Source: Eubacteriales bacterium | GTDB lineage: Bacteria; Bacillota; Clostridia; Oscillospirales; JAAYXM01 | Assembly (NCBI GenBank): GCA_045636865.1 | Contig: JAZTYJ010000017.1 | Location: 5,253-69,252 of the forward strand | DNA: 64,000 nt | Direction: 5' to 3' | In this document: piece after piece, positions 27,297 through 35,814 of the stretch | How positions within the stretch are numbered: position 1 is the stretch's first letter | Layout: every line of letters begins with the position of its first letter | Notes under the pieces: model-generated | Databases searched by the model: none | Told to the model about the DNA's origin: nothing | Seen by the model: the letters and a program-made list of their open reading frames with translations, nothing else | Made by a program: the position numbers and the translations under genes

Positions 27297-27405
27297 TTCG
27301 CAAATCTGATGAATGAACTATACATATCCGCACTGCTATCACCTTAATTTGAAATTCAATATTATGATATTAAAAAGCGGTGCAAATATTACATAAAATA
27401 AAGAA

Positions 27406-28617
27406 TTATTCTGAAGCTGCCTGCTTTTCGTTTATCACGCGAATAGCCTCTTGAAGCTGACGGTCCTCCTTGTCGGAGAGAAGGTAGTAGTTCTTGTTTT
27501 CCTCCTCTGTCAGTTCAACGAGATAGTCAGGCTTTATTCCCTTTGAGTCCTCAAGGCTGTTTCCGCGACCTGTAAAGTATTTGCTTACGGAAAGGACAAG
27601 ACCTGAACCGTCTTTGAGCGGAATGTTACTCTGGGCAAGACCTTTGCCTGTTGTAGGTTCACCGACGATAACAGCTTTTCCGGCCTCGCGGAGAGCTTCG
27701 GCAAAGAACTCTGCCGCGCTTATGGAGTACTGGTTTATAAGAACAACCATCGGAAGATCAAGCTCGTTTGCATCGGAATTGTGGAACGTAACCTTGCCGT
27801 TTTTATCCTCCTCACGGATAATGACACCCTCCGGGAGAAGCGGATCAAGGATGTTGGTCATCACGTTCAAAAAACCGCCGGGATTGTTTCTGACGTCAAA
27901 GATAAGCCCGGTTACGTTAGCTTTTTTGAGGCTTTCGAGAGCCTTTGCGGCATCTTTGTCGGCGTTGGTGTCAAAACCTACGATTTTTATATACCCGATG
28001 TCACCGTCTAAAATCTTTGACTTGATGTTTGGAACGTCTATCTCGCGACGTGTGATGCTCATGCTGATAAGAGTGTCGACGCCTTCTCTTTCAACCACGA
28101 GAGAAACGGGAGTGTTTATCGCACCCGTAATGCTTTTTACCGCCGCATCATATCCGATGTCAGCCACCTTCTTGCCATCGACACTTATAATCTTGTCAAA
28201 CGGCTGAATCTTTGCATATTCTGCGGGGGAGCCCTCGAAAACGTCAAGCACGACAAGGCTCATATCTTCGCTGTCGTAGGTTGCATTTATGCCGATACCG
28301 TAGACCTTGCTGTTGAGCGAGTTCGTAACAGATGAAAACTGTTCGGGAGTAAGGTACTTTGACCAGCGGTCTCCGAGCATTGCAACCATTCCGTAAAGTG
28401 CGCCGTCTGTAAGCTCCTTTTCGTCATAGCCGTTTACATAGTATTTTTCGATGTAGCTTAAAACTTCTGCAATTCGCTCATACTGTGCTTCTTTTTCGGA
28501 TAGATTTGAGAGCTTTGCGTTATATTCGCGCTCGGCAGTATAAAGTGTTATGCAGTAGGTAAGAGCTGCAGTCAGAAGCATAAGTGCAACTGTCGTCATC
28601 AGATGCTTTTTCTTCAT
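27406..28617 (-). CDS. ctpA: S41A carboxy-terminal processing peptidase
   Basis: It has an N-terminal membrane anchor, a PDZ region and an S41 core (IFDVRNNPGG, SISAAEFFA, GEPTTGKG). Confidence 0.9.
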   Translation of the reverse strand: MKKKHLMTTVALMLLTAALTYCITLYTAEREYNAKLSNLSEKEAQYERIAEVLSYIEKYYVNGYDEKELTDGALYGMVAMLGDRWSKYLTPEQFSSVTNSLNSKVYGIGINATYDSEDMSLVVLDVFEGSPAEYAKIQPFDKIISVDGKKVADIGYDAAVKSITGAINTPVSLVVEREGVDTLISMSITRREIDVPNIKSKILDGDIGYIKIVGFDTNADKDAAKALESLKKANVTGLIFDVRNNPGGFLNVMTNILDPLLPEGVIIREEDKNGKVTFHNSDANELDLPMVVLINQYSISAAEFFAEALREAGKAVIVGEPTTGKGLAQSNIPLKDGSGLVLSVSKYFTGRGNSLEDSKGIKPDYLVELTEEENKNYYLLSDKEDRQLQEAIRVINEKQAASE

Positions 28618-28642
28618 ATATACCTCCCAAATTAAATCGTAT

Positions 28643-28663
28643 GGGGCGATGAGTCATCGCCCC
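28643..28663 (-). terminator. Hairpin between the M23 peptidase gene and ctpA (possible attenuating terminator)
   Basis: GGGGCGATgagtcATCGCCCC. Only a weak U-rich tract follows on the minus strand. Confidence 0.4.
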
Positions 28664-28677
28664 GAATACGTTTTGGA

Positions 28678-29871
28678 TTATGATTTTTTAAAGTAGTTCA
28701 TCGGGTTTGTGTGGTTTCCGTTTATGAGAATCTCAAAGTGGAGATGCGGACCGGTTGACCAGCCTGTCGAGCCGACAAGACCGATAACATCGCCCTTTGC
28801 CACCTTTGCACCCTTTGTCGTTTTGATCTTGCTCATATGAGCATAAAGAGTGGATTTGCCGCCGCCGTGGTCAATTACAACATAGTTGCCGTACCCCTTG
28901 CTTGACCAGCCTGCAACGATGACCGTGCCGCTGTTTGCGGCGTATATGTTGCTGCCCATACCGGCACCGATGTCAATACCCGTATGCATCGAGGATTTTT
29001 TTGTTATCGGGTCTTTTCGTGAGCCGTAGTAAGAGGTGATATAGGTAGCTTTTGTCGGCCAGCGGAAGTCACCGCCGACGTATGTCGAGCTTGAACTGCC
29101 GGAGCTTGCAAGAAGCTTTTTGAGCTCTGCCTTTGCCTTTTCCTGCGCCTTTTCGGCTTCGTTGAGAGCCTTTTCGTATTCCTTCGCTTCCATATTGAGC
29201 GACTTTAAGAGGTTGTTTGCATCGGCATACTGCATCTCAAGTGATTTCTGCTTGCTTGCAAGTGTTGCTTTTGCCTGAGTCTGCTGTGCTCGTGTTTCGT
29301 CAAGCTTTGCCTTCTTTGCCTCGATATCGGCACGTGTTTCGGCAAGCTCGCGCATAAGCTTTTTGTCGCCTTCTACGATATCGCTTATAAGCTCTGTTCT
29401 TGCGAGCATATCAGAAAAACTGTCAGCAGAGAGAATGACGCCAAGCATGGATACGGAGCCTTCCTCCTCCATTATGCGAAGTCGTTTGAGAAAGTCGTCG
29501 TTTTCTTTATTTTCCTTTGCCTGAGCCTCTGAAAGCTCGGCGGAAACGGTTTTAAGCTGAACATCAAGAGCCGAAATAAGCTCATTGATTGTGTCAACTT
29601 CCTGCTCGGTAAGAGAAATCTGCTTGTCGAGAGCTGCTTTTTTTGTCATTGTAGACTTCTTTTTTGCATCAATCTGCTTGAGCTCTTTCTGGATTTTTGT
29701 TTTTTCTTTGTCGAGATTTGAAAGTTTTGTGTTAAGGCTTGCAACCGTCTGCGCGGCGCCGGCCTGGCTATTGTATACGATTTCGGAAACGAAGGCAAGA
29801 ATGAGAGTAAAGACCAAAATTCCGGCTATAAGCGCGGAGATGATGCGGATTGCTTTCTTACTCATACTCAA
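28678..29871 (-). CDS. Coiled-coil M23 family metallopeptidase (EnvC/PcsB-like)
   Basis: It has a signal anchor, about 230 aa of heptad-rich coiled coil, then an M23 domain (HTGIDI, GPHLHFEI). It lies directly downstream of ftsEX. Confidence 0.88.
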   Translation of the reverse strand: MSMSKKAIRIISALIAGILVFTLILAFVSEIVYNSQAGAAQTVASLNTKLSNLDKEKTKIQKELKQIDAKKKSTMTKKAALDKQISLTEQEVDTINELISALDVQLKTVSAELSEAQAKENKENDDFLKRLRIMEEEGSVSMLGVILSADSFSDMLARTELISDIVEGDKKLMRELAETRADIEAKKAKLDETRAQQTQAKATLASKQKSLEMQYADANNLLKSLNMEAKEYEKALNEAEKAQEKAKAELKKLLASSGSSSSTYVGGDFRWPTKATYITSYYGSRKDPITKKSSMHTGIDIGAGMGSNIYAANSGTVIVAGWSSKGYGNYVVIDHGGGKSTLYAHMSKIKTTKGAKVAKGDVIGLVGSTGWSTGPHLHFEILINGNHTNPMNYFKKS

Positions 29872-29877
29872 AACCTC

Positions 29878-30765
29878 CTATACCTTCAAGAATTTTCTGA
29901 GAGTTATTGCACTTCCGACACCACCGACAAGGATTGCGGTGGTGAAAAATATCGTCAGGATATAGTTCATACATTCGGAGAAGGGAACGGTTGCTATAAA
30001 GCTGATTCCCGAGAGCGCCGCGGCAACAACGTATTCGTAAATTGCCCATTGGAGGAAGAATGCAACGATTGCGCCGGATAGACCGATCAGAAGTCCTTCG
30101 ATTACGAACGGAACGCGGATAAAGCCGTTTGTTGCACCGATCATCTTCATTATAGCTATCTCTTCACGTCTGTTGAACATAGTGAGGTTTTCCGTTGTTG
30201 AGATGATAAAGACGGAAACGAGAATAAGAATTATAATGAGAGCCGTGCAGATGAGCGTTACAACGTTTCTGACCTCTACGATCTTGTCTGAAATATCGCT
30301 TCTTGCAGAAACTTTTGCGATTCCCTCAATTTCAGAAAGAGCATCTGCGGCTTTCTGGGTATTCTCAATGTTTTTGAGATTTACGGTGTAACGGTCGCGG
30401 AGAGGATTTCGGTCCTCGAGACCGTCCAAAAGCTCGCTCTCATCGCCGAAATCTTCTTTAAAGAGATCAAGTGCCTCTTCTTTTGTGGTAAATTCCACAG
30501 AATCAACTTCTGCGATAGCGAGAATCTCGTCTTCGAGTGCGCGTGAATCCTCTTCGGAATATGTTTCGTCGACAAATGCGACGACCTTGTTTTTGCTTTC
30601 GACATCCTCGAGGAGATTGTCTATGTTGGTTGCAATGAGGGAAAAGCTGCCCATAAGAAGAAGGCAGACCGTTATGACGCTCATTGCGGCAAAGGACATA
30701 AAGCGATGTGAAAATATGCTCTGGATGCCTTCGCGGAAAAAGTAAGATATGTTATAAAGTCTCAT
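29878..30765 (-). CDS. ftsX: Cell division permease-like protein FtsX
   Basis: It has four TM segments with a large first extracellular loop and an FtsX C-terminal domain. It overlaps the ftsE stop by 4 nt. Confidence 0.9.
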   Translation of the reverse strand: MRLYNISYFFREGIQSIFSHRFMSFAAMSVITVCLLLMGSFSLIATNIDNLLEDVESKNKVVAFVDETYSEEDSRALEDEILAIAEVDSVEFTTKEEALDLFKEDFGDESELLDGLEDRNPLRDRYTVNLKNIENTQKAADALSEIEGIAKVSARSDISDKIVEVRNVVTLICTALIIILILVSVFIISTTENLTMFNRREEIAIMKMIGATNGFIRVPFVIEGLLIGLSGAIVAFFLQWAIYEYVVAAALSGISFIATVPFSECMNYILTIFFTTAILVGGVGSAITLRKFLKV

Positions 30766-31451
30766 TTCTGATAATACCCACCCGTTTTATCACTTATAAT
30801 TCTGCCGCCGCTTATGGTAACGACGCGCTTTTCAAATTCGTCAACAAGCTCTCTTTCATGAGTGACAACAAGAACGGTTGTTCCAAGCTTGTTTATTGTT
30901 TCAAGAAGAGTCATTATCTCTATCGACATCTGCGGATCGAGGTTACCTGTCGGCTCGTCTGCGATTATCATCTTGGGATTATTTACGATTGCGCGGGCAA
31001 CGGCAACGCGCTGCCGCTCACCACCCGAGAGCTGATTCGGAAAGCTTTTTGCCTGGTGTTCAAGACCGACAAGCTTGAGAACGTATGCGACACGCTCCTT
31101 GATTTTTGACGGGGGTGCGCCTACCGCGCGCATTGCAAAAGCAATGTTTTCATACACCGTCTTCTTATCGATAAGTCGGAAGTCCTGAAAAACAACGCCG
31201 ATAGTTCTGCGAAGAACGGGAACCTCCGAGGGCTTTAGTTTGTTCAAGTTAAAGCCGTTTACGATGCCTCGTCCCGAGGTCATCTTAACTTCGCTTGTGA
31301 GAGTTTTTACGATGGTTGATTTGCCTGATGCCGAAGAGCCGACAAGAAAGACAAATTCGCCGTCATCTATCTTGAGATTGATGCCTGAAAGCGCGGGAGT
31401 GCCATTTTCATACACCTTGCAGACATCTAAAAGTCTGACCATATTTAACAA
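30762..31451 (-). CDS. ftsE: Cell division ATP-binding protein FtsE
   Basis: Walker [10 protein letters not shown], signature LSGGERQR and Walker [12 protein letters not shown] are present. The protein is 229 aa. Confidence 0.93.
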   Translation of the reverse strand: MLNMVRLLDVCKVYENGTPALSGINLKIDDGEFVFLVGSSASGKSTIVKTLTSEVKMTSGRGIVNGFNLNKLKPSEVPVLRRTIGVVFQDFRLIDKKTVYENIAFAMRAVGAPPSKIKERVAYVLKLVGLEHQAKSFPNQLSGGERQRVAVARAIVNNPKMIIADEPTGNLDPQMSIEIMTLLETINKLGTTVLVVTHERELVDEFEKRVVTISGGRIISDKTGGYYQK

Positions 31452-31482
31452 TCCTTTCTCTGAATTTTATATTCCTTTCGGA

Positions 31483-32574
31483 TCAGAATGAAGAAAACTG
31501 AGTTGAAAGATATTTTTTGACCATAAGTGCAACCTTGAAGGTTATGGCGTGGTCAAATTCGCGGAGATCAAGCCCTGTGATTTTCTTGATTTTTTCAAGG
31601 CGGTAGACAAGGGTATTTCTGTGAACGAAGAGATTTCTTGAGGTTTCGGAAACGTTTAAGTTGTTTTCAAAAAACTTCTGAATCGTCATCAAGGTTTCGG
31701 AGTCGAGCGACTCGATTGCGTTATCGGGGAAAACTTCAGAAAGGAACATCTCGCAGAGCGTTGTCGGAAGCTGATAGATAAGTCGACCGATTCCGAGATT
31801 TTCGTAGCTCATGATTTCCTTCTGACTGTCAAACATCTTTCCGACGCTTATTGCAGACTGCGCTTCCTTGTATGAAACGGCAAGGTCCTTGAGGGATCTG
31901 GCAACCGTGCCGATGCCGATCTCAATTTTTGTGAGAAGCTCTGACTTGAGAGTGTCGTGGATGCTTTCCGCAATTTTGATGTGGTCCTTTATCTCGTCGA
32001 TGGGGGAGACCTCGTGAACAAGAACAACCTCGTTTTCGCTGACGCTTATAACAAAGTCCTTGTTTCTGTCGGGGAACATATTTGCGACGATGTCAAGCGC
32101 TGAGGTGTCGAAGCGTTCAGTCTGCCTGATGAGGAAGACTATATGAGGAACGTCCTGCGACATACGGAGCTCGCTTGCCTTCATATAGATGTCGCCCGAG
32201 AGGATATTGTCAAGAATGATGTTCTTTATGAATGTGGTCTTGTCGTGCTTTTCGTCATAATACTTTTTTGCATTACCGACAGCAAGAGCCGCCATAACGG
32301 CAAGGCTTTTTGCTGTTTCGTCCTCACCGGACACGAAAACAACATACTCAAAGCGCGCGCCGGGAGTAGAAACGGGCTTGTATGTATTGCCGTCGAAAAC
32401 GAGATATGAACCGATCATTTCCTCAAGGGCACTTATTGCATCTTCGCAAAAGCTTCCCTTAAGAGAAGTGTCGGTACATGCACAGATCTTGCCGGAAACG
32501 TCGAGAACGCCGATTGTTCTGTCTGTTGCCTCCTTCATCTGCAGTATTGTATTCTGAAGCATTGTCCAAGCCAT
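31483..32574 (-). CDS. PucR/CdaR-family transcriptional regulator
   Basis: It has a C-terminal PucR-type HTH (ETSRNLFVHRNTLVYRLEKIKKITGLDL). Confidence 0.8.
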   Translation of the reverse strand: MAWTMLQNTILQMKEATDRTIGVLDVSGKICACTDTSLKGSFCEDAISALEEMIGSYLVFDGNTYKPVSTPGARFEYVVFVSGEDETAKSLAVMAALAVGNAKKYYDEKHDKTTFIKNIILDNILSGDIYMKASELRMSQDVPHIVFLIRQTERFDTSALDIVANMFPDRNKDFVISVSENEVVLVHEVSPIDEIKDHIKIAESIHDTLKSELLTKIEIGIGTVARSLKDLAVSYKEAQSAISVGKMFDSQKEIMSYENLGIGRLIYQLPTTLCEMFLSEVFPDNAIESLDSETLMTIQKFFENNLNVSETSRNLFVHRNTLVYRLEKIKKITGLDLREFDHAITFKVALMVKKYLSTQFSSF

Positions 32575-32691
32575 GATATATCCACCCTTAACCTTTTGAA
32601 ATAAAAAACAGAAAATCCATATGTCGATATTACATCACTTACATTGTACCAAATAATGATGTCAAAATCAATGAATTTTCTGTAAAAATAT

Positions 32692-33579
32692 CTAATTTTC
32701 GAGTCTTGCGCGGAGGATATCTTGTGATATTTGCTCACAAAGCTCCTCGTGGGAAGAGAACTTTTTTTCTTCTCTCAAAAAGGAAATAAACTCGGTTTTC
32801 ATCATTTTGCCGTAGATGTCGTCTGAAAAATCAAAAATATGCGATTCGGCAAAGACGGTTTTATCGTCCGTAACGGTCGGGCGTGAACCTACGTTTGTTA
32901 TCGCCTTGTATGTCGTGTTATCGACGGTAACGCGTGTTGCGTATACTCCCGGCTTCGGGGTTACGATGTTTTCGGAGATTTTCTGGTTTGCGGTTGCAAA
33001 GCCGAGCTTTTTTCCGATAGCCTGTCCGTGAAGGACTTTACCGGTAATAAAGTGGTTGTGTCCGAGAAGCTTTGCAGCGGTATCCGGCTTTCCGTCAAGA
33101 ATGAGCGTGCGGATGTGTGATGAGCTTACGCTCACGTCACCGAGCATAACTTCATCGACTATTTCACATCCGATGTTTCGATCCCGGCAAAGCTTTTTGA
33201 GAAGCTCTGCATCTCCGCGACCGAGGTGTCCGAAGCGGAAATCAAAGCCTGCAACAACAAAGCCGCAATCAAGCTCGCCGATGAGGATGTTTTCAAAAAA
33301 GTCCTCACAGGAGAGAGAGGCGTATTTTTCGGTAAAATCCTTTATGACTATGTCGTCTATACCGTAAAGCCCTGATATGAGCAAAATGCGCTCATCTACG
33401 GTGTTTATGAGCGAAACACCGCTACTTGATAGCACCTCGGACGGATGTTGTGCATATGTAAGCACGCACGGAGTGAGTGCATTTTCTTCCGCAGCGCGTT
33501 TTACTGTTTTAAAGAGCTCGCCGTGTCCGATGTGGACACCGTCAAAAAAACCGAGTGCAACGGCTCTTTTCATAATCAA
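32692..33579 (-). CDS. ribF: Bifunctional riboflavin kinase / FAD synthetase
   Basis: It has an N-terminal FMN adenylyltransferase (GFFDGVHIGH) and a C-terminal riboflavin kinase (GFATAN, PTV, E-H-FDF). Confidence 0.93.
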   Translation of the reverse strand: MIMKRAVALGFFDGVHIGHGELFKTVKRAAEENALTPCVLTYAQHPSEVLSSSGVSLINTVDERILLISGLYGIDDIVIKDFTEKYASLSCEDFFENILIGELDCGFVVAGFDFRFGHLGRGDAELLKKLCRDRNIGCEIVDEVMLGDVSVSSSHIRTLILDGKPDTAAKLLGHNHFITGKVLHGQAIGKKLGFATANQKISENIVTPKPGVYATRVTVDNTTYKAITNVGSRPTVTDDKTVFAESHIFDFSDDIYGKMMKTEFISFLREEKKFSSHEELCEQISQDILRARLEN

Positions 33580-34436
33580 TTCACCTCAAAAAAGCTTTTT
33601 ACGGTAAGCAGCTCACCGTTTGCTCCACCACGCGCAAGCATGAGAAACTCGCCGCTTCCTGCGCTGTATACGCGATAGAGCCGTCCTTCCTCCGCATCAG
33701 ACGGAACTGCGGCTCCGTTGCGGCATTTCAGCTCGCCCTTGCCGTCAATTTTAACCGCATCGTATTCTGAAAACATAAAGTCAAGCGGAGTAACCGACGG
33801 GGAGGACTCGATTTCCTCAAGGCTTCTTGCGTCGGAGATTTCAAAAATGCCCGACTTTGTTCTGCGGAGAGATGTCATACATGCGCCTGTTCCGAGCTTT
33901 TCTCCGATGTCGTGAACAAGCGTTCTGATATATGTACCTTTTGAGCAGAAAACCTCGATTTCGTAGTCATTTTCCCCGATGTGACGCGGAGAAATGTCAA
34001 AAATCTCGATTTCGCGGGACTTTCTCTCGACCTCTTCACCGCGCCTTGCAAGCTTATAAAGAGGAACACCGTCGACTTTTATTGCGGAGAACATCGGAGG
34101 AATCTGCTCACTTTTGCCGAGAAAGCTCTCACAAACTGAAAAAACCTCGTCGGGGGAGACAGTTGATTCCTTTTCGGAAATGACGTTTCCCGTAATGTCC
34201 TGCGTGTCGGTTGTTATGCCGAGACGGAAGGTTGCTATATACTTTTTCTCGTCAGACAGGGCAAACTCGCACGCCCTTGTTGCGCGCCCGATGAAAATGG
34301 GGAGAACCCCCGTAGCAAGCGGGTCAAGCGTTCCCGAGTGACCGACGCGGCGCGTTTTGAAGATGCGGCGGCAACGGGATACAACATCGTGGGAGGTTAT
34401 GCCCTGCGGTTTATCAACAATTACAATTCCGTTCAT
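33576..34436 (-). CDS. truB: tRNA pseudouridine(55) synthase TruB
   Basis: [18 protein letters not shown] and [16 protein letters not shown] (catalytic Asp) are present. Confidence 0.95.
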   Translation of the reverse strand: MNGIVIVDKPQGITSHDVVSRCRRIFKTRRVGHSGTLDPLATGVLPIFIGRATRACEFALSDEKKYIATFRLGITTDTQDITGNVISEKESTVSPDEVFSVCESFLGKSEQIPPMFSAIKVDGVPLYKLARRGEEVERKSREIEIFDISPRHIGENDYEIEVFCSKGTYIRTLVHDIGEKLGTGACMTSLRRTKSGIFEISDARSLEEIESSPSVTPLDFMFSEYDAVKIDGKGELKCRNGAAVPSDAEEGRLYRVYSAGSGEFLMLARGGANGELLTVKSFFEVN

Positions 34437-34483
34437 AAATTATACCTAACATTTTGCGGAACACAAAAGTGCTCCGCAAAAGA

Positions 34484-35788
34484 CTAAAAGATTTCAAGTT
34501 CTGAAAGTTTATTTATAATGGCTTCTTCTGCATCGGAAATCGTTCCGCCAAAAGAACAGCCTGCGGCACCGTTGTGTCCGCCACCGCCGAAATATGAGCA
34601 GAGCAAGGAGCAGTCGATGTCACCGTCAGAGCGCATTGATACCTTGATTCCGCCGTCTTTTTCGTGGATGTAGATACCGAGCTCAACACCCTTTGCGACA
34701 CGCGCAAGAGCAGAGATGGAATCTGTGTCATCGGGCGTTGCTCTGTGACGCTTTATCATCTCTTCAGTCATTTCAATGACAGAAACGCGTCTGTCAAAAT
34801 AGAATCTGATCTTTGAGAGGATTTCTGCCTCGAGTGCAATTCTCGCGGGAGACTTCTCAACAAAAAACTCGCGGTTTATGCCCGTGAAATCCGCGCCGAG
34901 AGAAATAAGCTCTGCCGCTTTTCTGTGGCTTTCGGGGGTTGTGTTTCCGTGGAGGAATCTTCCCGTGTCGGTTGAAATTGCGATGTAGAGAAGGTCACAA
35001 AGCTTCTTTGTGAACTTTACTTCAAGTGCGCGGATGATGTCAAAAACAATCTCTCCGCAAGCCGCTGATGTATCAAGAACGCATTCTTTTGTTGCAAAGG
35101 ATGCGTGAGTTGCGTGGTGATCAATTGCAAGCTCGATTTTGTCTGCAAACTCTTCGCATTCTTTCGGAAGAAGCTTTGCGTCGGCAATATCAACCGCAAC
35201 AATGCACGAGGGAGAAAAGTCCTTCGGTGCGATATACGGTTTTGCATATTTTTTGAGCTTGTCCGGAAATTCGGGGTTGTCAAAAAGATACGCGCGCTTT
35301 CCGATTGAGGTGAGAGCGAGCGCAAGCGCCGCCGCACTTCCCGTTGTGTCACCGTCGGGGCTTTTGTGAGTGAGGATGAGAATGTCGTCGCGCGTTTTCA
35401 AAAACTTTGCGGCACCCTCAACGTCAAGCTTTTTCATCTCGCGGTCGCGTTTTGATACATTTTCTATAAGCTCCATAATCTGGCTTCCCGCAACGATGGA
35501 ATCATCGTCAACAAATGTAAGCTCAGGAGTATAGCGGAGGCGAAGCTTCTTCGCCGCCTCGCGCCGCAAGAATCCGCTTGCGGCACGAAGCGCCTTTATG
35601 CAATCTTTTCTCTTTTTTTCGTCGCCGAGCGCGCTTACATAGACCTTTGCACTGCCGAGGTCGGGTGCCGTTTCAACATGCACGATGCTGACAACGCCCG
35701 AAACTCTCGGGTCGCGCATATCGCGGAGAAGTGCAGAAAGAGTCTTCATAAGCTCGTCGTTGACTCTGCCTATACGAACATTTCCCAT
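34484..35788 (-). CDS. rbfA: Ribosome-binding factor A fused in frame to a DHH/DHHA1 phosphoesterase (NrnA-like)
   Basis: Residues 1 to ~115 are RbfA (RVNDELMKTLSALL...TPELTFVDD). Residues ~120-434 are DHH/DHHA1 (HKSPDGDTTGS, DHH at AIDHHATH, GGGGHNGAAG). It is a single ORF with no stop at the junction. Confidence 0.85.
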   Translation of the reverse strand: MGNVRIGRVNDELMKTLSALLRDMRDPRVSGVVSIVHVETAPDLGSAKVYVSALGDEKKRKDCIKALRAASGFLRREAAKKLRLRYTPELTFVDDDSIVAGSQIMELIENVSKRDREMKKLDVEGAAKFLKTRDDILILTHKSPDGDTTGSAAALALALTSIGKRAYLFDNPEFPDKLKKYAKPYIAPKDFSPSCIVAVDIADAKLLPKECEEFADKIELAIDHHATHASFATKECVLDTSAACGEIVFDIIRALEVKFTKKLCDLLYIAISTDTGRFLHGNTTPESHRKAAELISLGADFTGINREFFVEKSPARIALEAEILSKIRFYFDRRVSVIEMTEEMIKRHRATPDDTDSISALARVAKGVELGIYIHEKDGGIKVSMRSDGDIDCSLLCSYFGGGGHNGAAGCSFGGTISDAEEAIINKLSELEIF

Positions 35789-35814
35789 AAGTCAAACAGT
35801 CCTTTCTTATGGTA

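Noticed and set aside
27581-28207. 208-aa plus-strand ORF
   Set aside because: It is antisense to ctpA, with a low-complexity Ser/Leu/Pro-rich translation.
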